NCBI GenBank assembly: GCA_021734865.1
Contig: JAIPIC010000001.1
Location: forward strand, 4,166 to 68,165
Direction: 5' to 3'
DNA length: 64,000 bases
From: Candidatus Woesearchaeota archaeon
GTDB lineage: Archaea > Nanobdellota > Nanobdellia > Woesearchaeales > JAIPIC01
Part shown: positions 38,201-53,200 of the stretch, piece after piece
Position numbering within the stretch: the stretch's first letter is position 1
How the letters are laid out: each line of letters begins with the position of its first letter
Program-made: the position numbers and the translations under genes
The notes under the pieces: generated by a model
Seen by the model: only the letters and a program-made list of their open reading frames with translations
Told to the model about the DNA's origin: nothing
Database searches by the model: none

Positions 38201-41200
38201 GGTTAGTATTTACAATCTAATAATTGATACAATTGCACCATTAGTGTTGGATTATAACTCAAACGACACTGTCATAAAATCCGAGACTTTTGTCAACATA
38301 AGTGTAGCAGTATCTGATGCGCATATTGACGATGTGTGGATCAAAAATGTCTCAGGAGACACTGCCTGTCAAATGCAACATATTGCAGGTAATGATTATG
38401 CATGTATTGTTTCAGTACCTGTCACTCAAAATCTAACAATTTTGGCTAATGATTCTGTAAATAATATCAATGATTCCAATGATATTACAATCTATATTGA
38501 TGATACTCAACCCGTTTTGAATAATTTTACATCAATTAAGGCAGATAATATTCTTAATTCAAGCAGATACTATAATTTCACTGTGAATATTACGGATATA
38601 GATGGAGTATTCACTGATTATGCTCAGTTTGCAATAATTAATGATAGTCATTACATGATGAATACGTCCAACCCACAAATATTACATTATTATGGTAGAC
38701 CGATTGACATGGGATGCACAAGCAGTGCTAATGGTACCTGCATACTCAGAGTCAAAGGCATCGATGAGGCTGGCAATGAAAATACTATAGACCAAAATTT
38801 CACAATTGATGACGTTGAACCATCAATTGATAATGTAACATTAAATGATACTGTAATACAAGCTGGGATATTCATTAATATAAGTGCTATCGTGTCCGAT
38901 CCACACCTTGATAGTGTTTGGGCATATAATGGAAGCACAAAAATATGTACAATGACTAAACTGGGTTCAACAGATCTATACCAGTGCCAAGTTTCGTTAA
39001 CTTCAAACACAGGAATTTATGTTTATGCAAACGATTCTGCGCAGAATATGAACTCATCAACTGAGACAGAAGTGTATGTTGATGGTACAAATCCCTTGAT
39101 ATTAAGCATAATAAGTGATACTATTGAGAATATTACAAATAGTCTAACATCAGTTATTTATGAAGTCAACAGTAGCGATGTTGATTCTGCTTGGCCAGAT
39201 TATGTTAATGCAGTTTCGATAAATGGCTCAGATCTAAGCCAGACTGGTCCTGAAATACATTGGGAGATTACTTCAACACCAGCAGACCTTGGCTGCGGAA
39301 GTGGAGAGAATATTTCCTGTATTTTGGAAGCATTATCAACTGATGAAGCTGGTCTCTCATCAACACAAGAATTCACACTGGTTATTGATGATTATTCGCC
39401 AGGTATCTATGCTTTCATTTCAAATGATAGTGATAATGTATCAAGACTCGATCAGGAGTTGAATATAACTGTAACAATTACAGATATGAATCCGTTTAAT
39501 TATACACTTAATGGAAGTCAACTCACGTATCACGGCTCCGATAATTATGGGTTACTGATAACACCAGAAATCAAAGGGTGCACAGGAGGTGAAAATTCAT
39601 CGTGCATATTATCCATTAATGCGGCTGATAAAGCACATAACACCAATCAAAGCTTCTATGTTATGCAAATCGATACGGTCAGTCCAAGGGTTAATGATTT
39701 ATTTGTAAATGCAACTCTCAATATTACTAAGTCTGATGTAGATATTAATTTCACAGTAAATGCGAGCGATGTTCATATCCTAAATGTAAGCTTAAATGGA
39801 ACAACAATGGAGTTAATTGGTGATAATATATTTGATGTTGTTCTACAAGCTGACCAACTAGGGTGCAGTAGTGGTGATAATATTGAATGTATTATCTCAG
39901 TAACAGCCATCGACAAGGCAGATAATATTAATACAACTGAACATATTATCACAATTGATGATGCGAATCCAGAGATTAACTCCATATATACTAACACATT
40001 AGACAATATTACAAAGTTTAATTCCAGTATCAATTTTACATTCAATGTATATGACAGTTATATACAGGATGTAAGATTGAACGGCAGCAGCCTGGAAAGA
40101 ATTGAACAGACCAATGATTGGTGGATTAACAGAACTGCACAGGAATTAGGATGTGCAAATGGAGAAAACAGTTCCTGCCTTCTCCAAGGATATGCTGTTG
40201 ATGTTGCAGGCAATTTCATTACTCAAGATTTCTCGATAATTGTGGACAACAGATCTCCTCAAGTCAGTTCATTAATAATTAATGATTCTGATAACATCAC
40301 AAGAAGCAACGTAATTATTAATTTTTCAGTCTATTCAAGTGATACAAATATCTTCAATGTTTCTTTGAACAATACACAGATGCAGAGGATTGGTAACTCT
40401 GATTATTATGATCTGCAAAGTGCACCATCCACTTTAGGATGTTCTTCTGGAGATGATGAAAACTGCACACTTCAAGCATTTTCTCTTGATTATGCAGGAA
40501 ATGAGAATACGACCAGTCTGAATATTGTGATTGATGATGTTAACCCATATGTAATAAATTTTACTGTAAATGATAGTGTAGTAAATACAAATTCTGGAAT
40601 CAACTTCACGGTAAATATAACCGATCCAAATATCAAAGAAGCATGGGTACAGAATGAAAGCAACCAAGTCTGCTTATTGACTGAATATTCGGCTGACTAT
40701 TATACCTGTGAGATCAACTCGGTTGACACAGAGACATATACTGTGTATGCAAAAGATTATGCTGATAATATTAACAATACCCAACAACTGATTGTGTATG
40801 TGGATAGTATAAAACCTGAGATGTCTGATTTCAATGTGAATCTTTCTGCTAATATATCAAAAAGCAGAAACATACTTAATTTTTCAGTCAGTGCAAGCGA
40901 CATAGACGGTACAGGGCTTGATAATGTCATCAATGTTACTATCAATGGAACAAGCGCAACACAGGTTGGTTCAAGTAATATATGGTATCTTGTAGCAACT
41001 CCTGAAAGTCTGGGATGCGGAAGCGCTCAAAATTATTCCTGCTTGCTAACTGCTAGGGGAATTGATGAAGCTGACAATTTTGAGTATATCAATTTCAGCC
41101 TGATTATTGATGATAAGACACCTAGTATCGATAATATTTGGATGAACATTACATACAATATATCTACAAGTTGGAATGTAATCAATTTTACAGTCAATGT

Positions 41201-44200
41201 TACAGATCCAAACATGAAGAACAGCACACTTAATGGAAATCTCATGAATTGGGTTGACAATGGTGACTTGTGGACATATTCTGCTACACCTTCCAGCTTA
41301 AATTGTTCTTCAGGAGAGAATGAATACTGCAATATAATCTTAGAGGTATATGATTTCACAGATAATAAGAACACAACAGACATAACTATTTTCATTGATG
41401 ATGTTGCTCCTGCACTTAATCAATTAATATCAAATGATAGCGATAATGTTTCAAGAAGTGATGTCGTTCTTAACTTTACGATTAATTCATCAGATCAAAA
41501 TCTTCTCAATGTTACATTAAATGGAACAGAGATGATTCAAGATGGCAATAGATTTTACTTAAGCTCAACACCATCAGATCTGAATTGTGGAAGTGGATAT
41601 AATGTTCCATGCATACTTGGTGTAACTGCAGTCGATAAAGCATTCAATATTAATGTTTCAGAATATGTTCTTAATATTGATGACTATCCATCTAGAGTCA
41701 CTAATGTTGGCCTCGATGATGATATTGTCCAAAGCAATACTCAGGTGTATCTAACGACTGATATTATTGATGAGAATCTTCGTTTCAATTACGTATTCAA
41801 TGGGTCAATCAATATATGCAATATGACATTATTTTCAGGAAATACATACAACTGTTCTTTCCTATCTTCTGGGTCATCTCATAATTACACAGTTATATCA
41901 TACGATTATGCAAATAATGTTAATGACACTGTGAATTTCACAACTTATGTAGATGATAAAGAGCCAAGTGTGTTGTCATTTGGCTCAAATGACACAGATA
42001 ATATTGTAAAAAGTAGTTTTATTGTCAATCTTTCTGTTAATGCTTCAGACAGGGATGCGACACAATCAGATATGGTGGATAACGTCACAATAGGAGGGCA
42101 GAATTTAACAAATCTTGAACCAGGAGATGTTTGGTATATTGTTACAACACCATTGACAGTCGGATGCGGTTCTGGTGACAACCTCAGCTGTGAGCTTTAT
42201 GCAGTAGCACTGGATGATGCAGGCAATCAAAATATGACAAATTATACATTAGTTATAGATGATGCTGATCCTGTTGTTGTTTATTTCAACTCAAACGACA
42301 CTGATTATGTGACCCGCTTGAATTCAATCCACAATTTGACAATAAAGATGACTGATTCAAATCCGGATTATGTTATGTTAAATACTACTGTGATGAATAC
42401 TACTCAAGATAATACTATATGGTATAGTGTTATGAATGCTTCTGTTGCTGGATGCCCTCAATCTGGTGAGAATGTCTCCTGCACAGTAAATAGTTATTCG
42501 TATGATATCTTAGGCAATATGAAGATTGAAACTATTGATTTCATAATTGATGAAGTAAATCCAAATATATCTGCAATAAATGTGAATGATAGTGACCTAA
42601 TTGTCAGGAATGACCGGCCCCTAAACTTTTCACTGCTATCAAGCGATGCAAACATAAATAATGTGAATATTAACGGAACGGAGTTGACAAATACTCAGGA
42701 TGTGCTTTGGGAAACTTCTACAGATCTTGATTCGTTTGGTTGCACGCTTTCAGATAACAGGACATGCACGATTATAGCTACAACATATGATAAGGCAGGG
42801 AATACAAACAGTTCAGAGATTACAATGATTGTTGACAATTTGCTCCCAAGTGTTGACACACTGTACAGTTCAGATATTGACAATGTCACTAGAACTAATG
42901 TTTCAATAACTTATTTTGTTAATGTAACTGAACATAATATCCAAAATGTTACATTAAATGGAACTGAGATGAGTGTTCAGGGGAATGGGGTTACTTATGA
43001 AGTCACCGCCACACCTGCTGATATAGGATGTGAATCAGGTGTTAATTATAATTGTACTTTAGTCGTAACAGCCCAAGACAAGGCAGGCAACATGAATTCA
43101 TCCACTTATTTTCTCACTATCAAAGATGCTATTCCAGGAGTAGAAGATTTTATGATAAACAAGACGGTCAACATTTCAAGAAGCAACAGCATATTAAATT
43201 TCAGTGTAAAAATAATAAGTGATAATATTGATAACGTTACAATAAATGACAGTACTTTAATGAATCCTATTCCTGGTTCAGAAAGGTATAATCTTGTCAC
43301 AACCCCAGCAGACTTAAATTGTCCTGAAGGAACAGAACAATATTGCATATTAAGAGTCAGTGCAATTGATTTTGCTTCAAATGGTAATTACACCGAGATG
43401 TCCATATTCATTGATGATGTCAAACCAACAATAAATAACATTGAAGCAAATGATACAATTGTAAATTCGTTTGTTGATGTCAATATTTCAATAAGTGCTT
43501 TGGATATAACTATCAATACAACCTGGATAAATAATAATTCCGGAATTGAATGCATTGCTGACTATCATGGTTCAAATATCTATTCATGCGTATTCCCTGT
43601 AGTGGAAACACAGAATTATACAATATATGTAAATGACACTGCATCAAATGTTCAGGCACAAAACATTACTATTTATGTTGATGATAAGGCACCGTATGTT
43701 ACTAGTTATTACAGCAATGCATCTAACAATGTAAGTAGATCAGATGTTGAAGTAAGATATACTGTTGAGGCAGAGGACATCGATGATGCACCAACTCATG
43801 AAATCGAATTTGGAGATATTAATGGAACACAATTAGATAATCATTCAGACAATTACACTTGGTACATTATAGCATCTCCTTCAGATCTTGGTTGTTCGGC
43901 TGGGAATAATACCACTTGCGTTCTAACTTCAAGTGTGACCGACGCTGCAAATAATATCAATACTTCAAATTATTCAATCATAATAGATGATTACGATCCT
44001 GCTGTTTTCGATCTATTCTCTAACGATACAGACAATATCAGCCGAGATTCAACAGTTGTAAATATATCTGTGTCAGTGCTCGATCCGAACTTCAAAGAGG
44101 TAAGAATAAATGGATCTCTCATGAGTCTCGCTGGTTTCCCAGGTAATTTCAGTTTAACAAGTTCATTATCTGGTCTGGGATGTAATTATTCAATTAGCAA

Positions 44201-47200
44201 CCTTTGTGTGATAGCAGCAACCGCATATGATTATGCTGGCAATCATGAATCGGTTGAGATGAGTATAGCCCTTGATAATACAAACCCCATTATACTATAT
44301 CCTGATAGTAATGCTAGTTATAATATCACAAGAAGTGATATCGACATAAATATTTCTGTTAATGTAACCGATGCAAATCTAAGGTCTGTATATGTAGAAG
44401 GAAACTTGATGTCAAGAATTGGATTGTCAGACATATTTGAGTATACTGCAAATGCAAGTTATCTTGGATGTACTAGTGGTACCAATGAAACCTGTTCATT
44501 AGAAATAACAGCATATGATGAAGCAGACAATTCTGAGACAATCCCATTCAGTATTATTATTGATGATGTAAATCCTGATGCATTCAATCTCAATGTCAGT
44601 GATAATATAAGTCAGTCTAATACGACCATTATATTCTATGCAAATATATCGGATGCAAACATTGAGACAGTAATCATGGAAAATATAAGTACTACTGCAT
44701 GTGTAATGAACCTGGTTGATAGTCTGTTCCAGTGTGAGATCAATACAACCATAACACAGAATTATACTCTAAAAGTTTTGGACAAGGCTGATAATCTTAA
44801 TGATTCCTTGATGATTTCAGTATATGTTGATGACAATGAACCAGAAATACTAACGCTTATATCTAATGATACTGATAACGTCTCTCGACATGATATCTCA
44901 CTAAATATCAGCGTGAACGCCTCTGATTTTGATGGTATACCATATGATGAAGTCCAAGCGGTATACCTTAACCAATCTGTACCTTTGACTCAGTTAGGTA
45001 ATACTTCAATTTGGTCAGTCCAGACTATGTTAAGCGACTTGAATTGTGATACTGGAAAATCAGAAATATGTTTGGTTACTGCAACTGCATATGATTTTGC
45101 AGATAATACAAATACTACCGATTATTATATTACAGTTGATACTTATACGCCAAATATATACAGATTGGTATCCAATGATACTGATAATATATCACGAAGT
45201 GATATTTCAATCAATATTAGTGTAAATGTAATAGAAGAAAATATCAGATCTGTTGTCCTGAATGAATCAGTTATGGACCATGGCCAAGGAGAAACGTGGT
45301 ACTACTCAACAACACTATTTGATGTATGTGATGATGAAAATGGGAGTAACTTAACATGTGTACTTCGTGCAACAGGCATTGATCTTGCAGATAATTCAAA
45401 TTTCTCTGATTATATTATTACGATTGATGATGAGTTCCCATATCTCTATAATAGTTTCATCAATCTGACAAAAAATGTGACCAATTTAAACAAGGACATC
45501 AATATAAGTATATATGTTGATGAAAGTCATCCTAAGAACATTTCAGTAGATTACATATCTGCGGTTCAAAATTATCAAAATCCTGCTTCAAATGAGACCT
45601 TGTATTCTGTAATTCTTTCACCATCTGATTTAGGTTGTATTTCTGGAGCAAATGAATTGTGCATCCTAAACTATACTGCCTTAGACTATGCAGATAATTT
45701 AGCATATAATGAAATAAATTTGTACATAGATGATGAAACACCAAATGCTATAGAATTCAATTCAAATGATACAATAGTCCGATCAAATACTACAATTATG
45801 CTTTATGCAAATGTCACAGATGATAATCTGGAGAATATTTGGACTACTAATATGACCGGTCTTGAATATGAAAGATACTGTGATATGAGTCATTGGTATG
45901 GACAGAGATACAGGTGCTATTACATTATCAACTCCACTTCTGAGTTCTGGTTGTATGCAAATGATAGTGCAGAAAATTTCAACAATAATCTTAACATTAC
46001 AGTTATCGTTGATGACGGATTCCCAGGTGTTGACAATTTATCTATAAATGATTCAGACAATATTATTGTCAGTTCACAGATAATTAATTTTACTGTAGAA
46101 GTCTCAGATCCGTATGTTGCTTCAGTGGATATAAATGGTACTCAGATGTCATTAAGTGCTGAACTGAGTCTTTATGAAATTGTAACTGACGCTCAAAGTC
46201 TGGGTTGTCCAACAGATGTGTATGCACCTTGCTATCTTCGTGCAAATATTTATGATGAAGCAGGCAACTACAATTTTACCGACCTGAATATAACTATTAA
46301 TGATATTGCACCTAAAATATCCTTCATCATATCAAATGACTCGGATAATATAAGCAGGTCAGATGTGGAGGTCAATTTCACAGCTGAGATCAATGGATCT
46401 GAAATAAAATTCGTAAATTTGAATGGATCAAATATGACTGAAAATAGTGAAAACAGTTACTCACTCAATATTAGTCCAAGTAGCTTAGGATGTCAGGCTG
46501 GAAGGAATGAACCCTGTCTGCTGATTGGTGTCGTAGAGAGTTATTCTGATTTACAAGGTACAAATAATTATACAATAATAATTGATGAAGGGATACCTTA
46601 CACTTATTTATTTAATGCGAACAAATCCGTAATAAAAACAGGTAACGAGATTAATTTCACTGCAAATGCGTCTGATGAACACCTAGAAAATGTCACAGTT
46701 GTTAATAGTACTGGTGATCTGGTATGTCTAATGGATACCTTGTTAGAGAATGAGTTCTTTACTTGTACTGTAAGTATCAATGCTAATGATACACTCACTA
46801 TGGTAGCCCTTGACAAGGCTTCAAATAGTGAGGATTCCAGGACTGTAGACATATTTATTGATGACTTGTTGCCAAATATAGATTCCATTTCAACTAATAG
46901 CAGCAGATTGAACAATCACACCAAGTCAGACGAGATTCTGAGGATTATAATCGATGCTAGTGATTTAGATGGAATTGGATCAGATCATATAACAAAAGCT
47001 AATTATACAACAATATCTGATAGTGGTCCATTCACAAGAATAGGTGTAACCTCTTCCTGGTATATGGATAGAAATATCTCTGATTTTGGGTGTTCGACGG
47101 GCGCGAACGAATCATGTATAATTGAAATCAGTGTATTTGATGAAGCAGGCAATTCTCTCGTTCAGAACCATTCATTCATAATTGATGATGTTATTCCATC

Positions 47201-50200
47201 AGTTTATTCTTTAGAAAAGAATAACACAAATGCTGTAGTGATGAGCCTTGAACCAATTAATTTCACAGTAAACGCATCTGATTTAAATATTTATGAAGTT
47301 ATCATAAATAATGTAAGCGCTACCTATATAGGAGATAATATTTGGTCATTGACAACAAATGCTTCTAATCTTTCATGTACAAGTGGAGATAACATCAGTT
47401 GTCAGGTCAGAGCAGATGTATATGATTTTGCTGGTAATGTAAATTCAACAAATATATCTATAGTAATTGATGACATGGCACCAGCAATTAACTGGTTCAT
47501 TATTAATAGAAGTAATAATATATCCCGTAGTGATGTATTAGTCAATATATCAGCAAATATCTCAGAAAATAATTTGTATTCAGTAACTGTTAATGGTAGC
47601 TTATTGAGTCAGCTTGCTGATTCTGATATATACTTCAACCTTTCAAATTTAAGCACATATGGGTGCTCCGGTGGTAAAAATACTCCTTGTATACTTGGAT
47701 TATCTGCAGAAGATATCAGTGGCAACCTAAACACTTCCGAATTGATTGTATATATTGATGACTATCTGCCTCTGATTCCAGTAGCTAATGAACACGGACT
47801 AATTTCCAATGTGTCTACGAACATCACTAGAAGTGACAAAGTCATAAATTTCTCAGTAAATAGTTATGATGAAAATTTTAGATATGTTACTTTGAATGGG
47901 ACACTTATGGAACTGGGAGCAGGAAATATAAGTCATGTGAATCGCACTGTCCAGCAATTATGCGGTGCCTATGATGTAGAGAATGAAACATGTATATTCA
48001 CAGCTTTTGCGTACGATTATGCTGATAATGTCAATTCTTCGACTTATAACATTGTCGTTGATGATATTCCCCCGACTGTCGAATCTTTTGACTTTAACGA
48101 TAGTGACAATACAACAAGAAGCGATATAATGCATAACTTCACTGTGTACGTTACAGATCCATTCCTAGTCAATGTTACTATTAATGACACAGAGATGGAA
48201 AGAATCGGTGAAACAGATTATTGGCAATATATAGGAACTCCAGGAAACTTAAGCTGTAGTAGTGGGACAAATGTTATCTGCCTACTTCGCTCCACTGGAA
48301 CTGATATTGCTGGTAATGAAAATTATATTGATATGGAACTCAAGATTGATGAGGGACATGTTAATATTACTGATTTAGATGTTAATGTCACACGAAAACT
48401 CGATTGGAGTCAGCCAATCATGAAAGTTAATTCAACTGTCAATTTCACAGTATTAGTAAATGATGATAATATAGTTAATGTCACTTTAAATGGTACAGAG
48501 ATGAATCAGGTTGGAGATTCATTTATGTACAGTTTAGTGACTACACCGTATGCAATGAACTGCCAGACAGGTGCAAACAATAATTGCTCGTTCCAAGCTT
48601 ACGCCATAGATGCAGCAGGGAATAATAATGTAACTGATCTAATAATAACCATTGATGATGTTCCTCCAGTTGTACTAAGGGCATATTCAAATGACAGCGA
48701 CAACTACTCGCGAAGCGATGTTGATGTAAATTTCAGCGGAATTGCAGATGACCCATATATGTATAATCTCACAGTAAGGGTCAATGGTATGGATCTTGTT
48801 AATGACAGCTGGCATTACGTAGCAAAACCAGTGGATTTAGGATGTCCTATTGGTGTTGAGACCACATGTGATGTGTGGTTTGAAGCCTTTGATATTGCTG
48901 GCAATAATATGTCCAAGCTCTATATTATTAATGTTGATGATGTTCCTCCAACCGTTACAGATCTTACGGCCACCAATGCTCAGGAGGGAAGCCAAGAGAC
49001 AGGATATTTACCAGTTGTCAGTCCGCTTGAGAACACATCCTGGGCTGTGACAGCTTCAGATACAAACACATTTACATTGAATTTCTCAATGAATAATGGA
49101 ACTGAACATGGTAACGGAACTTGGGACTTCATGACATATTCAGGAAGTGGGAACATATATTCACTCACAATGAATGTCATAGATTATCTTGCCAAATCAA
49201 ATAAATCATATGAGTTTGTTGTTGTTGGTGAAGATTATGCTGGAAATAAAGCAAACTCAACTGAATATGTTTATATCGCAGAATCTCAACCGAGCGTCCA
49301 GAATGTTACAGTCGATAAGGTGTTTGTTGAGACAAACTATGAAAATGTAACGCTCAATTTCAGTGTTCAGAGTTATGTGCAGGTCATAAATGTTACAATT
49401 AATTTCAGCAATTCTGGAAATGAGGAATTTTTAACAGATAATCTTGGAGCAAGATCAGGCAATTTCAGTTATAATTTCTCACCTAAGAAAACAGGATATT
49501 ACAATGTGACAATAAGAGTAGTAAATCTTGCTGATTCAGTTGGGACGTCTATCAATGAGGAATTGTTCTTTGCTTCTGGAAGCACAACAGGTGTGATACT
49601 TTCTACTGTTGATGAGTGTAATATTTGCAGTGAGAACAATCTAACCTTTGACAATATATCAAGGGATTCTCCTGGCACACTTGTACTGAATATGACGTTC
49701 AATAATACTGGACGGTCACCTATGTACGGTACTGACTTGGATTCACCTATCACAGGACCAACTGTATCTTTCAATCTTCCAACGGGTATCTCAATTAATG
49801 CATCTAATGATAAAATCCAGTGTGATGTCATTGCTCCAAATACATCATGTAATTTTTCAATTAATGTGACAATCAATGTATCAGCAAAGGTTGGTATAAA
49901 ACAGATTATGGCTATTGGCTCGTGGAGCAATTCAGATTATTCACCAGGGTCTGTTACAAACGAAGATGCAGAACTTACACTTAATGAGTTCAAGGAACTG
50001 GAAATTCTTGAAGAAAGTCTATCGCATAACAGGGTTTTCTATGGGAGGAACTTCACAATAGGCAATTTCAGTCTGGCGTCTTATGGTAATATTGCCCTTC
50101 ATGATGTTAATATATCAGTAATCAGTGGTAATCTCAGTTCAGATAATGTAACGCTCAATTCATATTATATCCAACAGTTGAATATCTCTCCTGATGCAGT

Positions 50201-53200
50201 TATCCCAATTAATGTATCTGTATATAATACAGGAATTTTCAGATCATATGTATTTGCTAATGCAACTAACGAAGTGTGCCTAGATCCTACATTATGTATT
50301 GATACAATGCCTTTTGATATTACGGTGTTCAAAGAATTGTCTGTCGAACATTATCAACCAGTAAATGGGCGGATAATGAGACAAAGTGGTGAAAATGGTC
50401 TGCTAAAAATATACTGTCAGGTATCACATACGTATGATGGAGAGCAAATTGATGAGACATATAATGTTAAACTTATCGATAATGCAACATCCAATGAGAC
50501 AATATACTGGGATGAGACAGGCCCAACAGTATTTGGAAAGGTTGCAAGATTTGACTATGATATGACACAAGAAGAAGTGGGCCCGCATAACTTTTCTTGT
50601 ATAATTTACGACAATCTCAGCATGTATTACCTTGTTAATCAGGAACTTAATATTTCAAGTACTCAGGCAGATTTAGTTGGTGTGATTAACCACACGATAA
50701 ATAGAACACTCAATTCAGATGCAGTGTATTGGTCAGATAACCATGAGAAAAATACTACAGCTCTCAGAATGGACATATTTGATGAATTTGGTGAACCAAT
50801 CCAAGGTGCCAGCATTTTATTCAAATCAAATGCTACTCCGACCGGAGCTTATAACACTATTGGTTCTTGCATCACGGAATCTGGAGGAAATTGTACATTC
50901 ATATGGAATCCAGATGTGATTAAGCAAGATACATACACAATCAATTATACAATATATAAAAGTGAATATTATGAACCCAGAAACGTAAATGGATCAATCA
51001 ATATAACGGTTTATGGACATTTAAATATCAGTATTATTGATTCAGGGAACACAATAATTTACAGAGATAACAATCATAGTGAGGGTTCACCAACAAATAC
51101 CACGATTGTCATTCAAGTGAACGAAACGAATGTTCCTATTGAAAATGGAATGGTGTACTTCTATTATCAGAACACGACACAAGAGATTGGTGTCTGCACC
51201 ACGAATGCTTCAGGTATGTGTCAATTCTATTGGGATCCTAATTCAACTATCAATCCTGGAACAGTAAATATTTCCATGGTAGCAGTAAGTCCGCTTTATA
51301 CTAACTCATCCATGAAAAATATCGAGATTGACATATGGGCACACAATAAAATTGAATGGTTGGAACCAGATCAAAATATACTTTTGAATGATTCAATACC
51401 AATGTCATTGTACTATTTCAATCTAAGTGTTGGCGTGCGATGGAGTCAGAATAACGAATACATATCTAATTATGATTTCCCATTGGAAATGTATAGGCTT
51501 GAACCGTACTCGTTCCAAAATGATGTCGTATTCAACAATAGTCCTGTTATTAATGAACAGGAAATTGATTGGTCTTTCAGTGAAGTTTATGGAAGTGTCA
51601 CAGATATGGATGATGGCTCAATGAACATTACAACTTCTGAACTACTTTTCAAGGTCAGATCTGAATATCTGACAGAGGCTCTTACTGGTTATGATATAAT
51701 CAGAGTAAATATCAGTGAAATTGTGACCAATATGGATTGGGGTCTTGAAATATATAATGGAACTAACTGGGTACAAATAATTGATTATAACCAAAATAAT
51801 TCATATGATGTCAATATATCCAATAAGAACATTCAAGGTATTGGAATAATTGCTAGGTCGCTAAATAGTCTTGAAAAAACTATGACTGTAGAAAATATTA
51901 CCTTAATAAATAATGTATATACAAAGATTACTCCAATAGGGGCTGAATACATTGTTAATGAGAATGACACAGCATCAAATTCAGCTGGTGATATGGAAAA
52001 TCTGGGACAATTAATACCAAAGAGTGTCAATCATGGATGGTATAGCTCAGAGAATATTGAGGCAAAAAGGAATGATAATTACACATACACATATGCAGAT
52101 AATTTTTCTATGTTGATCAATCTTACTGGATTTGTACCTGCTGAAACTGGTTATGTTGCTTGGCACTACAATTATTCACTTATCAATGCATATAATGTAT
52201 CTGATTATGAAAAGATTGGCTTATCATTGTATATCCCTGCAAATTCATCTTACATGACACATAGTCTGTCTTTAGGAGATGACAATGCTCCAAATCCAAA
52301 TTATGCAACATATACTTTATTGGGAGAAGAAGGTTGGAATAATTTCATGGTAAATCTGTCTTATTTTACGGATAGAGGTGTTGATATTTCTGCGATAAGG
52401 TTCATAAATATCTCATTTACAAATGATGACACTGGAATTGAAGAATATCAAGGTAATTATTACCTTGACCAAGTCATATTCATAAAGAACATAACTTCTG
52501 TCAATGGGGTTCCAACAACTCCATGGAAACTACCTGAAGCAGGATATTATAAATTCTATGCGCGGCTACCGTACAAAAATTACTTCAATTCGTCGGTCAG
52601 AGAAGTGTATCAGACAGTCAATTTTGAAAGCAAGGAAGGGGGAGATCAAGGAGAAACTCAAGACAATCAATCTTCAGAATTTGATCTGGCTGGACTAATA
52701 TCAGGAGCAGAAGTTACATCATTTGAGGTTTGGCCTATTAATCAAAGATTAATTATTCCTGAAAACAGCACGGGCTTTCTTTACAACCTGAGCATCTACA
52801 GTGTTACAAACCTAAACCTCACATTAAATCTCAGTGCACCTCATGAGATTCTGTACCTGAATAATGCAACTAATGATGAGTACTACTTAACATTAATGCC
52901 TGGACAGTTAATTGAGATACCAATATATTTCAACACATCTAACAAGACAGAAGCTTACGACAGTCCAACAAGAGAAAACATCATTATCACCTCAGATGAC
53001 ACTAAGGAAGTAGTTATTTCTGAAGAGGAATTAAATCTTAGGAACGTATTTGGCAAAATTATAACTCCAAATTCAGTTCAGACTACATCAGCAATAGAAA
53101 AAGAGGATATCATTAATGTACGTATGAATTTAAGCTATGATGGAAGTTCATCACTTGAAGACACTCAAAATATCTCATTTGATTTACTTGTCGCTGATCT

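Noticed and set aside
32600-48950. Possible CRISPR array or other non-coding tandem repeat, suggested by strong ~300-nt periodicity
   Set aside because: The repeats are in-frame protein domains about 300 nt long, only 30-50% conserved, and have no short invariant direct repeats or spacers. No cas genes are present.
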